This document shows positions 41,016 to 53,952 of a stretch of DNA of 64,000 nucleotides, piece by piece. The DNA is from Gammaproteobacteria bacterium AqS3. Its GTDB lineage: Bacteria > Pseudomonadota > Gammaproteobacteria > MEIF01 > AqS3. Made by a program: the position numbers and the translations under genes. Each line of letters begins with the position of its first letter. Position 1 is the first letter of the stretch. The notes beneath the pieces were generated by a model. The model searched no databases, was not told the DNA's origin, and worked only from the letters and a program-made list of their open reading frames with translations. Where the stretch lies: positions 9,179 through 73,178 of the forward strand of contig MEIF01000001.1 of NCBI GenBank assembly GCA_001750645.1, in the 5' to 3' direction.

Positions 41016-41355
41016 TCAACCGGCCTGTGCCAGCAAGTCAGTCCGGGCGGCGGCGATGAAATCGTTTTTATGCAGGCCGCCGATTTTGTGTGTCCACCAC
41101 TGCACCGTCACCTTGCCCCATTCCAGCAGGATGGCAGGGTGGTGGTCGAGCTCCTCGGCGAGCTCGGCGATGCGGTCGGTCAGCTGCACCGCGGCGCCGT
41201 AGCCGTCGAGCAGAAAGATGCGCTCAAGGCGCGCGATGCCGTCGACCTCGATGCGCTGCCAGTCGGGGATCTGCTCGCCCCACTCGATGCACTGTGCGTC
41301 GCTGGCGCGCTCGGCGTCGGGGCGGCAGGCCACGCATTTCTGGTCGACGAGCGGT

Positions 41356-41363
<8 letters not shown>
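41016..41363 (-). CDS. phhB: pterin-4a-carbinolamine dehydratase
   Basis: 115 aa. ELDHHPAILLEWGKVTVQWWTH is the PCD active-site motif. Confidence 0.85.
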
Positions 41364-42768
<1,405 letters not shown>

Positions 42769-42806
42769 TGCGACCCTCTCCCTGCCCGCGCAGCGGCGGC
42801 ATTCTA

Positions 42807-43658
42807 TCAGTGCGGCAGACCTGCCTCCACAACGATGTTGTCGATCAGCCGAGTCTGCCCCAGAACAGCACAGGCCAGCAGCGCCACCGGAGCGTCGCCG
42901 GGGGACGGCTCCCGCAGGTCGTCCCAGCGCGCCGCCCCCAGATAGCGCACCGAAAACCCCTGCACGCCCAGGTCGGCCGAGGCCGTGTCCAGCACCTGCC
43001 GAAGCGGGCGGCCGGACTGGATCTGCTCGGTGCACTCCTTCAGGGTGCGGTAGAGCATCGGCGCCCGCTCGCGCTCGAAATCGCTCAGGTAGGCGTTGCG
43101 CGAGCTCATGGCCAGCCCGTCGGCCTCGCGCACGGTCGGGGCGGCGATGATCTCAATCGGAAAGGCCAGGTCGGTGCAGAGCTGCTCGATGATCCTCAGC
43201 TGCTGCAGGTCCTTGCACCCGAACACCGCCGCATCGGGGCGGATCAGGTTGAACAGCCGCACCACCACCTGGCAGATCCCCGGGAAGAACAGCGGCCGGT
43301 CGGCGCCGCAGAAGCGCTCGGCCAGCAGCGGGACCTCGATTCGGGTGCGGCCTTCGCTGGGATACATGGTGGCGTCGTCGGGGGTGAATACCGCATCGCA
43401 GGGGGTTTCGCCCAGCGCCTCGAGGTCGGCGTCGAGGCTGCGCGGGTACTCGGCCAGGTCCTCGCCCGCGGCGAACTGCATCGGGTTGACGTAGATGCTG
43501 GTCAGGACGAAGTCGGCGCACTCGGCGGCACGGTGCACCAGCGAGAGATGCCCCCGGTGCAGCGATCCCATGGTCGCAACGAGGGCGATGCGGCGCCCCG
43601 AGCTGCGCACCTCGGCGAGCAGCCGGTGCAGCGCGTTGCGGTCGGCGACCACCTGCAC
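42807..43658 (-). CDS. panC: pantoate--beta-alanine ligase
   Basis: IALVATMGSLHRGHLSL, YVNPMQF. Confidence 0.9.
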   Translation of the reverse strand: MQVVADRNALHRLLAEVRSSGRRIALVATMGSLHRGHLSLVHRAAECADFVLTSIYVNPMQFAAGEDLAEYPRSLDADLEALGETPCDAVFTPDDATMYPSEGRTRIEVPLLAERFCGADRPLFFPGICQVVVRLFNLIRPDAAVFGCKDLQQLRIIEQLCTDLAFPIEIIAAPTVREADGLAMSSRNAYLSDFERERAPMLYRTLKECTEQIQSGRPLRQVLDTASADLGVQGFSVRYLGAARWDDLREPSPGDAPVALLACAVLGQTRLIDNIVVEAGLPH

Positions 43659-43679
43659 TGTGCGCCCCCGCCGGCGAGC

Positions 43680-44474
43680 CTATGAGAAGGAGTGCTCGGC
43701 GGCGGGAAACTCCCGCTCGCGGACGGCCTGGACGTAGCGCCGCACGGCGTCGCCGATGCCGTCGGCCCCGGCGAGGAAGTCGCGCGCAAAGCGGGGCGGC
43801 TTTTCGGTGATCCCGATCAGGTCGTGCAGGACCAGGATCTGGCCGTCGACCCGGCTGCCGGCGCCGATGCCGACCACCGGGATGTCCAGCTCGGAGGCGA
43901 TGCCGCCGGCCAGATCGGCGGGGACGCACTCGAGGATCAGCATCTGCGCCCCGGCCTGCCGCAGCTCGAGCGCCTGGGCGGTGATGCCCTCGGCGGCGGT
44001 GCGGTCCCGCCCCTGGACGTAGTAGCCGCCGAGGACGTTGACCGACTGCGGGTTCAGCCCGAGGTGGCCGCAGACCGGAATGCCCTGCACGCGGCAGGCG
44101 CGCACCAGCTCGCACATCTGAGCGCCGCCGCCCTCGAACTTGACGCACTCGGCGCCGGCGCGCATCGCCCTGGCGGCGCTGCGCAGGCCGGTTGCGGTGT
44201 CGGGGGCGCTCATGAAGGGCATGTCGGCGATCAGCAGGGCATCGCCCTTGCTGCGGGCCACGGCGCGCAGGTGGTAGACGATGTCGGAGACGCGCACCGG
44301 CAGCGTGCTGGCGTGACCCTGAACCACCATGCCGAGGGTGTCGCCGACCAGCAGCGCCTCGACTCCGGACTCGACGATGACCCGGGCAAATGTGGCGTCG
44401 TAGGCGGTCAGGCAGGCAAACGGCGGCTCGCCCTGCTGCTTGCGCTGACGAAGGTGCTCCAGTGTGGCCATCAC
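43680..44474 (-). CDS. panB: 3-methyl-2-oxobutanoate hydroxymethyltransferase
   Basis: LTAYDATFA, LLVGDTLGMVVQGH, ADMPFMS. Confidence 0.9.
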   Translation of the reverse strand: MMATLEHLRQRKQQGEPPFACLTAYDATFARVIVESGVEALLVGDTLGMVVQGHASTLPVRVSDIVYHLRAVARSKGDALLIADMPFMSAPDTATGLRSAARAMRAGAECVKFEGGGAQMCELVRACRVQGIPVCGHLGLNPQSVNVLGGYYVQGRDRTAAEGITAQALELRQAGAQMLILECVPADLAGGIASELDIPVVGIGAGSRVDGQILVLHDLIGITEKPPRFARDFLAGADGIGDAVRRYVQAVREREFPAAEHSFS

Positions 44475-44493
44475 CGCACTCCTGGCCGGGCTG

Positions 44494-46584
44494 CTAGCCG
44501 TCGATGCCCAGCATGGTCAGCTTGATGCGGCCGCGCGCGTCCACATCGAGAACCTTGACCCTGACCACCTGACCCTTGGAGAGGTAGTCGTTGACGTCGT
44601 TGACGCGCTCCTCGGCGATCTGCGAGATGTGCACCAGGCCGTCGCGCCCCGGCATGATGTTGACGAAGGCGCCGAAGTCGGTGATGTTCTCGACCGTGCC
44701 CTGGTAGATGGTGCCGACCTCGGGCTCGGAGGTGAGCTCGCGGATGCGGCGGATGACGATGTCGCGGCTCTCGCTGGAGGCGGCGAAGATGTTGATGGTG
44801 CCGTCGTCCTCGATGTCGACGTTGGCGCCGCTCTCCTCGACGATGGAGCGGATGGTCGAGCCGCCCTTGCCGATGACGTCGCGGACTTTGTCGCGGTCGA
44901 TGACGATGGAGTGGTGCTTGGGTGCGTATTCCGAAAGCTCCTCGTTGGGCCTGTCGATGACGGCGTTCATGGCGCCGAGGATGTGCAGGATTGCGGCGCG
45001 CGCCTGGCCGATGGCGCGCTCCATGATGTCCTCGTCAATGCCCTCGATCTTGATGTCCATCTGCAGGGCGGTGATGCCCTCGGCGGTGCCGGCGACTTTG
45101 AAGTCCATGTCGCCGAGGTGGTCCTCGTCGCCGAGGATGTCGGTCAGCACGGCGGTGCGATCGCCCTCCTTGACCAGGCCCATGGCGACCCCGGCGACCG
45201 GCGCCGCCGTCGGGACGCCGGCGTGCATCAGCGCCAGGCTGGTGCCGCAGACGCTGGCCATGGAGCTCGAGCCGTTCGACTCGGTGATCTCGGAGACCAC
45301 GCGCACCACATAGGGGAACTGGTCGCCCCTCGGCAGCACGGCGGCAATGCCGCGCCGTGCCAGCCGGCCGTGGCCGGTCTCGCGCCGGGAGGTGCCGCCC
45401 ATGCGACCGGTCTCGCCGACGCTGTAGGGCGGGAAGTTGTAGTGCAGCATGAAGGAGTCGCGCATCGGCCCGCCCAGGGTCTCGACGTTCTGGGCGTCGC
45501 GATCACCGCCCAGCGTGACCGCCACCACAGCCTGGGTCTCGCCGCGCGTGAACAGCGCCGAGCCGTGCGCCTGGTCGAGCACGCCGATCTGGATGTCGAG
45601 GTCGCGCACTTCGTCGTGCCCGCGCCCGTCAATGCGCGCGGCGCCGTCGAGGATGCGCTCGCGCACGACCGATTTCTCGAGGCTCTTGAAGCCGCCCGAG
45701 ATGTCGTCGGCGCTGAATCCCTCGCCGCCGTCGGACGACCCCAGCTGTGCCACGGCCGCATCGCGCAGGGAGCCCAGGCGCTCGTAGCGCTCGGCCTTGG
45801 CCTGAATGTTGTAGGCCGAGGCGATCTGCTCGCCAAAGCCGGACTTCAGCGCCTCGACGAGGGCGGCGTCGGTCTCGGGGGCGTTCCAGTCCCAGCGCGG
45901 CTTGCCGGCGGCCTCGGCCAGGGACTTGATGGCCTGTATCGCCGTCTGCATTTCGGCGTGGCCGAAGAGCAGCGCACCCAGCATCTGATCGTCGGTGAGG
46001 CGCTGGGCCTGCGACTCGACCATCAGCAGCGCCTGATCGGTTCCGGCGACCACCATGTCGAGCGCCGAGTTCTGCAGCTGCAGCGGGCTCGGGTTGAGCA
46101 CGTAGTGGTTGTCGATGAAGCCGACGCGGGCACAGCCGATCGGCCCGCTGAAGGGAATGCCGGAGAGCGCCAGGGCGGCCGAGGCGCCCAGCATGGCGAT
46201 GACATCGGGTTCGTTTTCGCCGTCGTAGGACATCACCGTGGCAATGACCTGAATCTCGTTCATGAAGCCCTTCGGGAACAGCGGGCGAATCGGGCGGTCG
46301 ATCAGGCGGGAGATCAGGGTCTCGGCCTCGGTCGGGCGCCCCTCCCTGCGGAAGTAGCCGCCCGGGATGCGTCCGGCGGCGTAGGTCTTCTCCTGGTAGT
46401 TGACGGTGAGCGGGAAGAAGCTCTGGCCGGGGCGCGCCTCGCGGTTGCCGACTGCGGTGACCAGAACCTGGGTTCCTCCCATGGTGACAAATACCGCTCC
46501 GTCCGCCTGCCGGGCGATGCGCCCCGTCTCCAGCGTCACCTCGGTATTGCCGTAGTTAAAGGTCTGTGTGTGAGTTTCAAACAT
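44494..46584 (-). CDS. pnp: polynucleotide phosphorylase
   Basis: Two RNase PH domains, a KH domain and an S1 domain. C-terminal [18 protein letters not shown]. Confidence 0.95.
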   Translation of the reverse strand: MFETHTQTFNYGNTEVTLETGRIARQADGAVFVTMGGTQVLVTAVGNREARPGQSFFPLTVNYQEKTYAAGRIPGGYFRREGRPTEAETLISRLIDRPIRPLFPKGFMNEIQVIATVMSYDGENEPDVIAMLGASAALALSGIPFSGPIGCARVGFIDNHYVLNPSPLQLQNSALDMVVAGTDQALLMVESQAQRLTDDQMLGALLFGHAEMQTAIQAIKSLAEAAGKPRWDWNAPETDAALVEALKSGFGEQIASAYNIQAKAERYERLGSLRDAAVAQLGSSDGGEGFSADDISGGFKSLEKSVVRERILDGAARIDGRGHDEVRDLDIQIGVLDQAHGSALFTRGETQAVVAVTLGGDRDAQNVETLGGPMRDSFMLHYNFPPYSVGETGRMGGTSRRETGHGRLARRGIAAVLPRGDQFPYVVRVVSEITESNGSSSMASVCGTSLALMHAGVPTAAPVAGVAMGLVKEGDRTAVLTDILGDEDHLGDMDFKVAGTAEGITALQMDIKIEGIDEDIMERAIGQARAAILHILGAMNAVIDRPNEELSEYAPKHHSIVIDRDKVRDVIGKGGSTIRSIVEESGANVDIEDDGTINIFAASSESRDIVIRRIRELTSEPEVGTIYQGTVENITDFGAFVNIMPGRDGLVHISQIAEERVNDVNDYLSKGQVVRVKVLDVDARGRIKLTMLGIDG

Positions 46585-46665
46585 GGTTGATTCCTTCCTT
46601 GCGTATTCGGTTGATTTTCTCTGTGCGAGATGGTTTCAGGGTTGCGTCCTTACCAGCCAGGTTGA

Positions 46666-46935
46666 CTAGCGGCGCAGCCCGAGCGACTTGATGATCGCCC
46701 GGTAGCGCTCCGGATCGCGCTTGTTGAGATAGTTCAGGAGCCGGCGACGGCGGTTGACCTTGTGCAGCAGACCGCGACGCGAAAAGCGGTCCTTGCTGTA
46801 GGCCTTGAAATGCCCCTGCAGGGTGTTGATGTCTTCGGTTAGCAGGGCGATCTGGACCTCGGTGCGCCCGGTGTCTTTTTCCGATTGGCCGTATTGCCTA
46901 ACAATCGCCGCTTTGGTCTGCCGGTCCAGCGCCAT
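46666..46935 (-). CDS. rpsO: 30S ribosomal protein S15
   Basis: 89 aa, [43 protein letters not shown]... Confidence 0.95.
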   Translation of the reverse strand: MALDRQTKAAIVRQYGQSEKDTGRTEVQIALLTEDINTLQGHFKAYSKDRFSRRGLLHKVNRRRRLLNYLNKRDPERYRAIIKSLGLRR

Positions 46936-46947
46936 ATTCTCAAAATC

Positions 46948-47931
46948 CTATCGTGGTGCGTCCTCAGCACGACCGCCCTTCGCTGCCGCTTTTAACTGGG
47001 GAACCGCGGATGCGCACATCCGGCGGGGCGCAATTATACATGCACCCTCATCGATTTCGACGCAGCCGATGCCGATAAATCCCTCCGGTCCAATGAGCTG
47101 GTGCGCTCCGGAGCATTCGAGGGGTTCGCCCTCCACCGCAAGACGGACGCCCCGCAGCAGCAGGCCGGCCTGCTCGGCGTCGAATTGCAGTGCGGGCAGG
47201 TGTCCCAGCGCGGTCTCGATCGGGATGACGGCATCCTCCAGGGCATCGATGTCGGCGGCATCGCGCAGCGACTGCAGGTGTTCCAAGGTGTGCGCGGCAT
47301 CGACCCGCATGGCGCCGACCGCCGCACGGCGCAGCTCGGCAATGCACCCGCCGCAGCCGAGCGCCGCGCCGATGTCGCGCGCCAGCGAGCGGATGTAGGT
47401 GCCCTTGCCGCAGCGCACCTCGATGCGCAGCGTGGAGCCTTCAAGCCCGAGCGCGCGGATCGACTCGATCTCAACCTGGCGCGCGGGCACCTCGGGCGCC
47501 TCGCCGCGGCGGGCGCGCCGGTAGAGACGCTCGCCGCCCTGGTGCAGCGCCGAGTAGAGCGGCGGGGTCTGCCGGATCGAGCCGCAGAACTCGGGCAGCA
47601 GCGCCTCGACGGTTTCGATGTCGAGGTCGGCCGGCAGCTCGCATGAGGCGATGACTTCGCCGTCGACATCGTCGGTGTCGGTCTGCCTGCCCAGCAGGAT
47701 CGAGGCGCGGTAGGTCTTCTGCGTCGCCACCAGCCAGGGGGAGAATTTGGTCATCTCGCCCAGGCACAGCGGCAGCAGCCCGCTGGCGAGGGGGTCGAGA
47801 GTGCCGGTGTGCCCCGCCTTGGGCCGCCCGTAGATGCCCCGGACGCGCTGCAGGGCGCGGTTGGAGGTGAGCTGCACGGGTTTGTCGAGCAGCAGCACGC
47901 CGGCGGTGTCAATCAGTTCGTGCCGCACCAT
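46948..47931 (-). CDS. truB: tRNA pseudouridine(55) synthase
   Basis: GVLLLDKP..TSN, GHTGTLDPLASGLLPLCLGE. Confidence 0.9.
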   Translation of the reverse strand: MVRHELIDTAGVLLLDKPVQLTSNRALQRVRGIYGRPKAGHTGTLDPLASGLLPLCLGEMTKFSPWLVATQKTYRASILLGRQTDTDDVDGEVIASCELPADLDIETVEALLPEFCGSIRQTPPLYSALHQGGERLYRRARRGEAPEVPARQVEIESIRALGLEGSTLRIEVRCGKGTYIRSLARDIGAALGCGGCIAELRRAAVGAMRVDAAHTLEHLQSLRDAADIDALEDAVIPIETALGHLPALQFDAEQAGLLLRGVRLAVEGEPLECSGAHQLIGPEGFIGIGCVEIDEGACIIAPRRMCASAVPQLKAAAKGGRAEDAPR

Positions 47932-47934
47932 CAG

Positions 47935-48318
47935 TTATTCCGAACGCCCGGCGTCCGCATCCGATGAATCCGACCCCCCGCCCTGCCGCAGCAGCTCGTC
48001 AATGCGCCGCGCCTCGTCCCAGCTCTCGTCGAGGTGAAAGCGCAGGTCGGGAACCCGCATCCCGCCCCAGGTCTTGGCCAGCTCGCTGCGCAGAAAACCG
48101 CGGCTGCGCTCCAGGCTGCGCAGCGCTTCGGCGGGTGCGACCCCGCCGGGGTCGGCGGCGAAGTGGATGTCGACCCAGTAGAGGTCTGTGCTGATGCGGG
48201 CGCTGGTCAGCGTGATGCCGCGCAGCCTGGGGTCGCGCACCCTGCTGCGCAGGATCTGCGCCAGCGATCTCAGGATGTTTTCGGCGGCGCGATGCTCGCG
48301 CACTCCGGAGCCGGCCAC
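47935..48318 (-). CDS. rbfA: ribosome-binding factor A
   Basis: 127 aa with the RbfA KH-like core (VRDPRL.GITLTSARISTDL). Confidence 0.9.
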   Translation of the reverse strand: MAGSGVREHRAAENILRSLAQILRSRVRDPRLRGITLTSARISTDLYWVDIHFAADPGGVAPAEALRSLERSRGFLRSELAKTWGGMRVPDLRFHLDESWDEARRIDELLRQGGGSDSSDADAGRSE

Positions 48319-50991
48319 TTAGAGTGTGCGCGCCAGCTGCTTGCGCTCGAAGACTTCGATCCGGTCGCCGACGCCGACGTCTTCGTAGTCCTTGACCGCA
48401 ATGCCGCACTCGGTGCCGAAGCGGATCTCGTTGACGTCCTCCTGGAAGTGGCGCAGCGACTCCAGGACCCCCTCGTAGATCACCACGTTGTCGCGCAGCA
48501 CGCGGATCGGCTGGTTGCGCAGCACCGTCCCGTCGATGACCATGCAGCCGGCGACCTTGCCGTAGCGCGGCGAATTGAAGATGTCGCGCACCTCGGCCGT
48601 GCCGAGAATGTTCTCCTCGTATCTCGGCGCCAGCATGCCGCTCATCAGCCCCTTGATGTCCTCGGTCAGGGCGTAGATGACGCTGTAGTAGCGCAGCGAA
48701 ATCCCGGACTGCTCGGCCAGCGCTGCGGCATCCGGCTCGGCGCGGACGTGGAAGCCGACCATCAGCGCCGATGCGTTCTGCGCCAGGTGGACATCGGCCT
48801 TGGTGAGGCCGCCGACACCCGAGGCGACCACCTTGACCTTGATCTCGTCATTGCCCAGCTTTTCGAGCTCGCGCTCCACCGCCTCGGCGGTGCCCTTGGT
48901 GTCCGACTTGAACACGATGTTGAGCTCGCCGGCGCTGCTTATCTGGGTGAAGAATTCCTCGTCGGTGGCGCCGGTGTCGGCCTCAAGGGCGGCGGCCTGG
49001 ACTTCCTGCTCCAGCTCGGCCCTGTGCTCGGCGATGCGGCGCGCCTGCTTTTCGCTGTCCAGTGCGTTGAAGATCAGCCCGGCGTCGACAAAGTCGCCCA
49101 GCCCCTGAACCTCGACCGCGGTCCCGGGCAGCGCCGACCTGATGCGCGCACCGTTCTCGTTCTCCAGCGAGCGCACCTTGCCGTAGGTGCTGCCGCAGAC
49201 CAGCACGTTGCCCGTTTTCAGGCAGCCGCTCTGCACCAGCAGGGTCGAGACCACCCCCTTGCCCCGGTCGATGCGCGATTCCACCACCACCCCCTGGGCG
49301 ACGCCCTTAACCGGGGCCTTCAGCTCGAGCAGCTCGGCCTGCACCATGATCGCATCGAGCAGGGTATCGATGCCCTGCCCCGTGGCCGCCGACACCTCGA
49401 CGAACTGCACCTCGCCGCCCCACTGCTCGGAGAGCACGCCGTAGTTGGACAGCTCGCGCCGCACCCGGTCGGGGTTGGCATTCTCAAGGTCCATCTTGTT
49501 GAGCACCACCACCATCGGCGTCTCCGCCGTCTTGATGTGGCGCAGCGCCTCCTCGGTCTGCGGGCGCACCCCGTCATCGGCGGCGACCACGAGAATGACG
49601 ACGTCGGTGCTCGAGGCGCCGCGCGCGCGCATCGCGCTGAAGGCCTCGTGGCCGGGCGTGTCGAGGAAGGTGATCGGCCCCTTTGCGGTCTCGGCCCGGT
49701 AGGCGCCGATGTGCTGGGTGATGCCGCCGGCCTCGCCCGCCGCCACGCGGGAGTTGCGAATGTAGTCCAGCAGCGAGGTCTTGCCGTGATCGACGTGGCC
49801 CATGACGGCGACCACCGGATGCCTGGGCTGAATGTCGAACTGGTTTGCGGCGACGAATGCCTCAAGCTCGTCCTCGATCTGGCGGTCGACCACCAGCTGG
49901 ATTTTGTGGCCCAGCTCCTCGACGAGGATCTGTGCGGTATCGATGTCGAGCACCGTGTCCATGTCGGCCTCGACCCCGATGCCCCTGAGCACCTTGATCA
50001 CCTCATCGGTCTTGATCGACATGCTGTGCGCCATCTGCGCCACGGTCGAGCGGCCGGTGATGCGCACCTTGCGGACCACGGGCTGGGGCGGCGGCTTCTG
50101 GGCATCGCCGCGACGCCGCCCATCGTGCCGGCGGCGCCGTCCCGAGCGCGAGTCCTCGTCGACATCGAGCCAGTAGCGCTTGCGGTTGCCGCCGCCGCGG
50201 GCCGGCTTGGTGGCCATCGCCTGACGCTGGGTGCGCCGGCGCTTGGCGTCGCCCTCATGACCCTCGCCCCGCCTGCGCGTCGCACCGGCTCTCGGGCGTC
50301 CGCGCACCGTGCGGGAATCGGATGGCGGGGGCGCCGCAGTCATGGTGCTGCTCTCGCGCTTGGAGCGCTCGATGCGCTCCCTGCGCTCGCGTTCGCGCTC
50401 CTCCTCCTTGGCCCTGCGCTCGGCCTCGTCCTGGGCGCGCTGCTCCCTGATGCGCCTGGCTTCCCGGTACTGGGCGAAGCGACGCTGCACCTCGGGATCG
50501 CTCATGTCGGCGTCGGCGAAGGGGTCTTCCTCCTCCTCGGGTTCCGGCTCGGGCTCCGGGTCGGACTCGATCGGCGAGGGCATGAAGAACTCCCGGTCCT
50601 CCTCGCGGCTGTCCTCGCCTTGGTAGTCGTCCAGCGGATCCAGCTCTTCCCCGTCGCGCTCGCCGGCTGCGGCGGGCTTTTCGGCTGCGCGCCGGCGCTT
50701 GGGCATGACCTGAACCGATATGCCGCGGTCGTCCTGCATGTAGGGGTCGTAATCGGGGATCGGCGCCGGGTCAACCGCCGCCCTGTCGGCGCTCAGGGTC
50801 GTCTCCTCCTCGGGAGTCTCGGCGGCATCAACGCCGATGATCTCCAGGAAAAACTCAAGGTCGTCTGCGGGTATGACGGAATCGGCGCTGTTGCCGTACC
50901 CGGCCGCCTCAGCGTCTATGCACAGCTGCTCAAGCGAGAGCTTGTGGTGCTTGGCCAGCTCCCTGAGTGTCATGTCCGATTCTTGGGTCAC
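48319..50991 (-). CDS. infB: translation initiation factor IF-2
   Basis: G domain [32 protein letters not shown]. Acidic/charged N-terminal region. Confidence 0.95.
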   Translation of the reverse strand: MTQESDMTLRELAKHHKLSLEQLCIDAEAAGYGNSADSVIPADDLEFFLEIIGVDAAETPEEETTLSADRAAVDPAPIPDYDPYMQDDRGISVQVMPKRRRAAEKPAAAGERDGEELDPLDDYQGEDSREEDREFFMPSPIESDPEPEPEPEEEEDPFADADMSDPEVQRRFAQYREARRIREQRAQDEAERRAKEEERERERRERIERSKRESSTMTAAPPPSDSRTVRGRPRAGATRRRGEGHEGDAKRRRTQRQAMATKPARGGGNRKRYWLDVDEDSRSGRRRRHDGRRRGDAQKPPPQPVVRKVRITGRSTVAQMAHSMSIKTDEVIKVLRGIGVEADMDTVLDIDTAQILVEELGHKIQLVVDRQIEDELEAFVAANQFDIQPRHPVVAVMGHVDHGKTSLLDYIRNSRVAAGEAGGITQHIGAYRAETAKGPITFLDTPGHEAFSAMRARGASSTDVVILVVAADDGVRPQTEEALRHIKTAETPMVVVLNKMDLENANPDRVRRELSNYGVLSEQWGGEVQFVEVSAATGQGIDTLLDAIMVQAELLELKAPVKGVAQGVVVESRIDRGKGVVSTLLVQSGCLKTGNVLVCGSTYGKVRSLENENGARIRSALPGTAVEVQGLGDFVDAGLIFNALDSEKQARRIAEHRAELEQEVQAAALEADTGATDEEFFTQISSAGELNIVFKSDTKGTAEAVERELEKLGNDEIKVKVVASGVGGLTKADVHLAQNASALMVGFHVRAEPDAAALAEQSGISLRYYSVIYALTEDIKGLMSGMLAPRYEENILGTAEVRDIFNSPRYGKVAGCMVIDGTVLRNQPIRVLRDNVVIYEGVLESLRHFQEDVNEIRFGTECGIAVKDYEDVGVGDRIEVFERKQLARTL

Positions 50992-50992
50992 C

Positions 50993-52552
50993 CTAGTTCA
51001 CGCCCTCCCCGACAGGCTCGGCCGCAGCCGCCGCCTCGCTCAGTTTTCTGCGCGCCGCGATGATCCAGCTGTCGGCGATGGACTCCTTGAAGCCCTCGAG
51101 CTCCAGGTCCTGCAGGTCGTAGGTCGACTGCTCGGCCAGATCCTCCAGCGTGGAGATGCCGTGCTTGGCCAGTGCGTATGCGGTTGCGGTCTCCATGTTG
51201 TCGAGATCGAGCAGCTCCTGGGCCGGGGCGGAGCCGATCAGATCGCGGACGCTTTCATCGCCCCGGGCGATCAGAACCAGGGTGCGGCGCACGCGCTTGG
51301 CCAGCTCCTTGGCCAGGTCGGCGCCGATGCCCTCGATGCCGGCCAGACTCTCGATCGGGGTGTCGCGGATGTCCTCCAGGGTGTAGAAGCCCTCGTTGAA
51401 CAGGATGTCCGCCATGTTGTCGTCGATGTTGAGCCCCTTCATGAACAGCTCGCGCGGCCCCTGGCGGTTGCGCTCCATCTTGCTGCGCAGCTCGTCCGCA
51501 GTCATCACGTTGAGCTTCCAGCCGCACAGCTCGCTCGAGAGCCGCACATTCTGGCCGTATTTGCCGATGGCGTGGCCGAGGTCCTGCTCCTCGATGGTGA
51601 TGTCCATGCTGCGGCTGTTTTCGTCGACAAAGATCCGCGCGGTCTGCGGCAGGGACATGGAGTTGATCACGTACTGGGTGACGTTCTCGTCCCACGGGAC
51701 GATGTCGATGCGCTCCTGGGCCAGCTCGTCGGTGACGGTCTGGACGCGCACGCCGCGGGCGCCGATGCAGGCCCCGACCGCATCCACGCGCCCGTCGCCC
51801 GAGCGCACGGCAACCTTGGAGCGCACCCCCGGCTCCCTGGCCACGCCGCAGATCTCGACGGTGCCGTCGGCGATCTCGGGCACCTCGAGGTGGAACAGGT
51901 GCTTGATGATGTCCGTGCCCTGGCGCGTCAGCAGCAGCTGCTGGCCGGAGGATTTTTCGTCGATGATCTCGAGCACTGCGCGGACCTGGTCGCCGATCTT
52001 GTACTTGTCGCCGGAGAGGGCGTTGGAGCGCGGCAGGCGCGCCTCGACCCCGGTGCTGAGCTCGACCAGGATGACCTCGTCGGTGACGCGCTTGACCTCG
52101 CCGGAGAGCAGCTCGCCGACCTGGTTGCGGTAGCGCTGCGCGATCTGCTCGGAGACCGCCTCGCGGATCTTGCGCATCCACATCTGCTTGGTGCGCCGGG
52201 CGCTGATGCGCGTGTCGCCGATGTTCTTGAGATCCTCGCGCAGCTGCTCGCCGATCTGAATCTCGGGGTTGTCGCTGCGGGCCTGCTCGACGGTGACCTG
52301 GCGCTCGGCGTCCTCGACCTCCTCCTCGCTCGCCACGACGGTCCAGACGCGGAAGGTTTCATACTCGGTCAGCCGCGCGTTGGTGAAGCGAACCCGCACT
52401 TCAATGCCGGTCTCGCGCTCGCGCGCATCGCCGCCGTAGTGCTGGCGCGCCGCCTCGGAAAGCCCGTCCTCAATGGCGCGCACAACCGAATCGCGCGGCA
52501 GGTCCCGCTCGGCGGCGACCATGTCGGCAAGTATTTCCAGTTCGTTGTCCAT
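50993..52552 (-). CDS. nusA: transcription termination/antitermination factor NusA
   Basis: S1 + KH domains. N-terminal MDNELEILADMVAAERDLPRD. Confidence 0.95.
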   Translation of the reverse strand: MDNELEILADMVAAERDLPRDSVVRAIEDGLSEAARQHYGGDARERETGIEVRVRFTNARLTEYETFRVWTVVASEEEVEDAERQVTVEQARSDNPEIQIGEQLREDLKNIGDTRISARRTKQMWMRKIREAVSEQIAQRYRNQVGELLSGEVKRVTDEVILVELSTGVEARLPRSNALSGDKYKIGDQVRAVLEIIDEKSSGQQLLLTRQGTDIIKHLFHLEVPEIADGTVEICGVAREPGVRSKVAVRSGDGRVDAVGACIGARGVRVQTVTDELAQERIDIVPWDENVTQYVINSMSLPQTARIFVDENSRSMDITIEEQDLGHAIGKYGQNVRLSSELCGWKLNVMTADELRSKMERNRQGPRELFMKGLNIDDNMADILFNEGFYTLEDIRDTPIESLAGIEGIGADLAKELAKRVRRTLVLIARGDESVRDLIGSAPAQELLDLDNMETATAYALAKHGISTLEDLAEQSTYDLQDLELEGFKESIADSWIIAARRKLSEAAAAAEPVGEGVN

Positions 52553-53017
52553 TTAACCCTCCTCCTGCTCCAGGTCGTAGATCAGCTGAGCCCGGTAGAC
52601 CTGATTGAGATCAAAAGCAATGCGCTCGTCTCCGGGGAGCTCGAGCGTGACCACGTCGCCCTCAAACGATGCGATGGTCCCCTCGTAGCGCCGCCGCCCG
52701 GAGCTGTGCGCGTGCAGCCGCACCGCAACCTGCGAGCCGACGTAGCGCCGCCAGTGCTCGGCGCGAAACAGCCGCCGGTCCAGGCCGGGGGAGGACACCT
52801 CCAGCGAATAGCTGTCCGGCAGCGGATCCTCGACATCCAGCAGCGCACTGATCTGATCGCTGACCCGCTCGCAGTCGCTGATCTGCAGCGGGCCGGGCCG
52901 CTTGTCAATGTAGATGCGCAGCAGGCTCTGCCCGGAAAAGTGCTCGATGCCCCAGAGCTCATAGCCCATGGCCTCGACCGTCGGGGTCATGAGCTGCTGA
53001 AGGCGTTGTTCAAGCAT
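52553..53017 (-). CDS. rimP: ribosome maturation factor RimP
   Basis: 154 aa, LEQRLQQLMTPTVEAMGYELWGIE. Confidence 0.9.
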   Translation of the reverse strand: MLEQRLQQLMTPTVEAMGYELWGIEHFSGQSLLRIYIDKRPGPLQISDCERVSDQISALLDVEDPLPDSYSLEVSSPGLDRRLFRAEHWRRYVGSQVAVRLHAHSSGRRRYEGTIASFEGDVVTLELPGDERIAFDLNQVYRAQLIYDLEQEEG

Positions 53018-53071
53018 GGCTTGGTCTCAGTCTGTCTGCTGTGGGCTGGAGAGGCCGGCAAAATTCGGGGC

Positions 53072-53104
53072 AAAAAAAAGGCTCTTGAACAAGAGCCCTT
53101 TTCT
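53072..53104 (-). terminator. intrinsic terminator (hairpin ggctcttg-aa-caagagcc) with T8 on the minus strand and a weaker T-run on the plus strand
   Basis: Read directly: caaaaaaaaggctcttgaacaagagcccttttct. Confidence 0.6.
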
Positions 53105-53273
53105 ACACACCAAAGATGTATGGCAACAGCTTTGTAGGCGCGCATTCTATGGATTCTGAGCCATGCCCGCAACAGTTCGGCGGGCGGCGGCTGAACTTTT
53201 TGGTCTGTGGGCGATACTCATAATGGTGTAAAGTTGCCCCCGGCTCCGCTCCGGTCACTTTGGAGAATTCATC

Positions 53274-53948
53274 ATGAATCAGCACCAGCCGAATCCTTCC
53301 ACCCACACCTACGAAGAAGTCAATCAGGCGACGGTCAATCGAACGCTGTCGCAGACCTGGAAGCTGCTTTCCATGACGCTGTTCTTCGCCGCCGCCATGG
53401 CGATGCTGGCGCTGGAGACGGGCGTGTTCTTCGGCCCGCTGATCACCCTGGGCGTCTACTTTGTCCTGCTGTTCGTGGTCGCGCGCACCGAGGACCGTGC
53501 CATCGGGCTGTTCTGGGTGTTCATGCTGACCGGCTGGCTCGGCTTCAGCCTCGGACCGCTGCTGAGCTACGTGCTGGCACTGAACGGCGGCAGCGATACG
53601 GTTCTGACCGCACTGGCCGGCACCGGCGGCATCTTCCTGCTGACCTCGGCGTTCGGGCGCAACCCGGAGCGGGATCTCAGCTCGATGGGGCCGTTTCTGA
53701 TGGTGGGCGTGCTGGTGGCCTTCGTCACCGGACTGGTCAACGTGTTCTTCCTCGAGATCCCCGCCCTGCAGAGTGCGATAGCGGCGGCCTTCATGCTGCT
53801 CTCATCGGGGATCATCGCCTGGTACACCAACGTCATCGTGCGGGGCGGCGAGACCAACTACATCAGGGCCACCGTGATGCTGTTCGTTGCGGTCTACAAC
53901 CTGTTCACCTCGCTGCTGATGCTGCTGGGCTTCAACAGCGACGACTAG
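53274..53948 (+). CDS. Bax-inhibitor-1/YccA family membrane protein
   Basis: 224 aa with seven predicted TM helices. The architecture is typical of the BI-1 family. Confidence 0.75.
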   Translation: MNQHQPNPSTHTYEEVNQATVNRTLSQTWKLLSMTLFFAAAMAMLALETGVFFGPLITLGVYFVLLFVVARTEDRAIGLFWVFMLTGWLGFSLGPLLSYVLALNGGSDTVLTALAGTGGIFLLTSAFGRNPERDLSSMGPFLMVGVLVAFVTGLVNVFFLEIPALQSAIAAAFMLLSSGIIAWYTNVIVRGGETNYIRATVMLFVAVYNLFTSLLMLLGFNSDD

Positions 53949-53952
53949 TTAG

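Noticed and set aside
42769-43035. N-terminal extensions of track ORFs for fumC (559 aa), serS (577 aa), res (1041 aa) and the unit-2 partner (618 aa).
   Set aside because: Conserved protein N-termini ([34 protein letters not shown] with ATGA overlap) begin at internal ATGs. The upstream extensions overlap neighbouring genes or are low-complexity.
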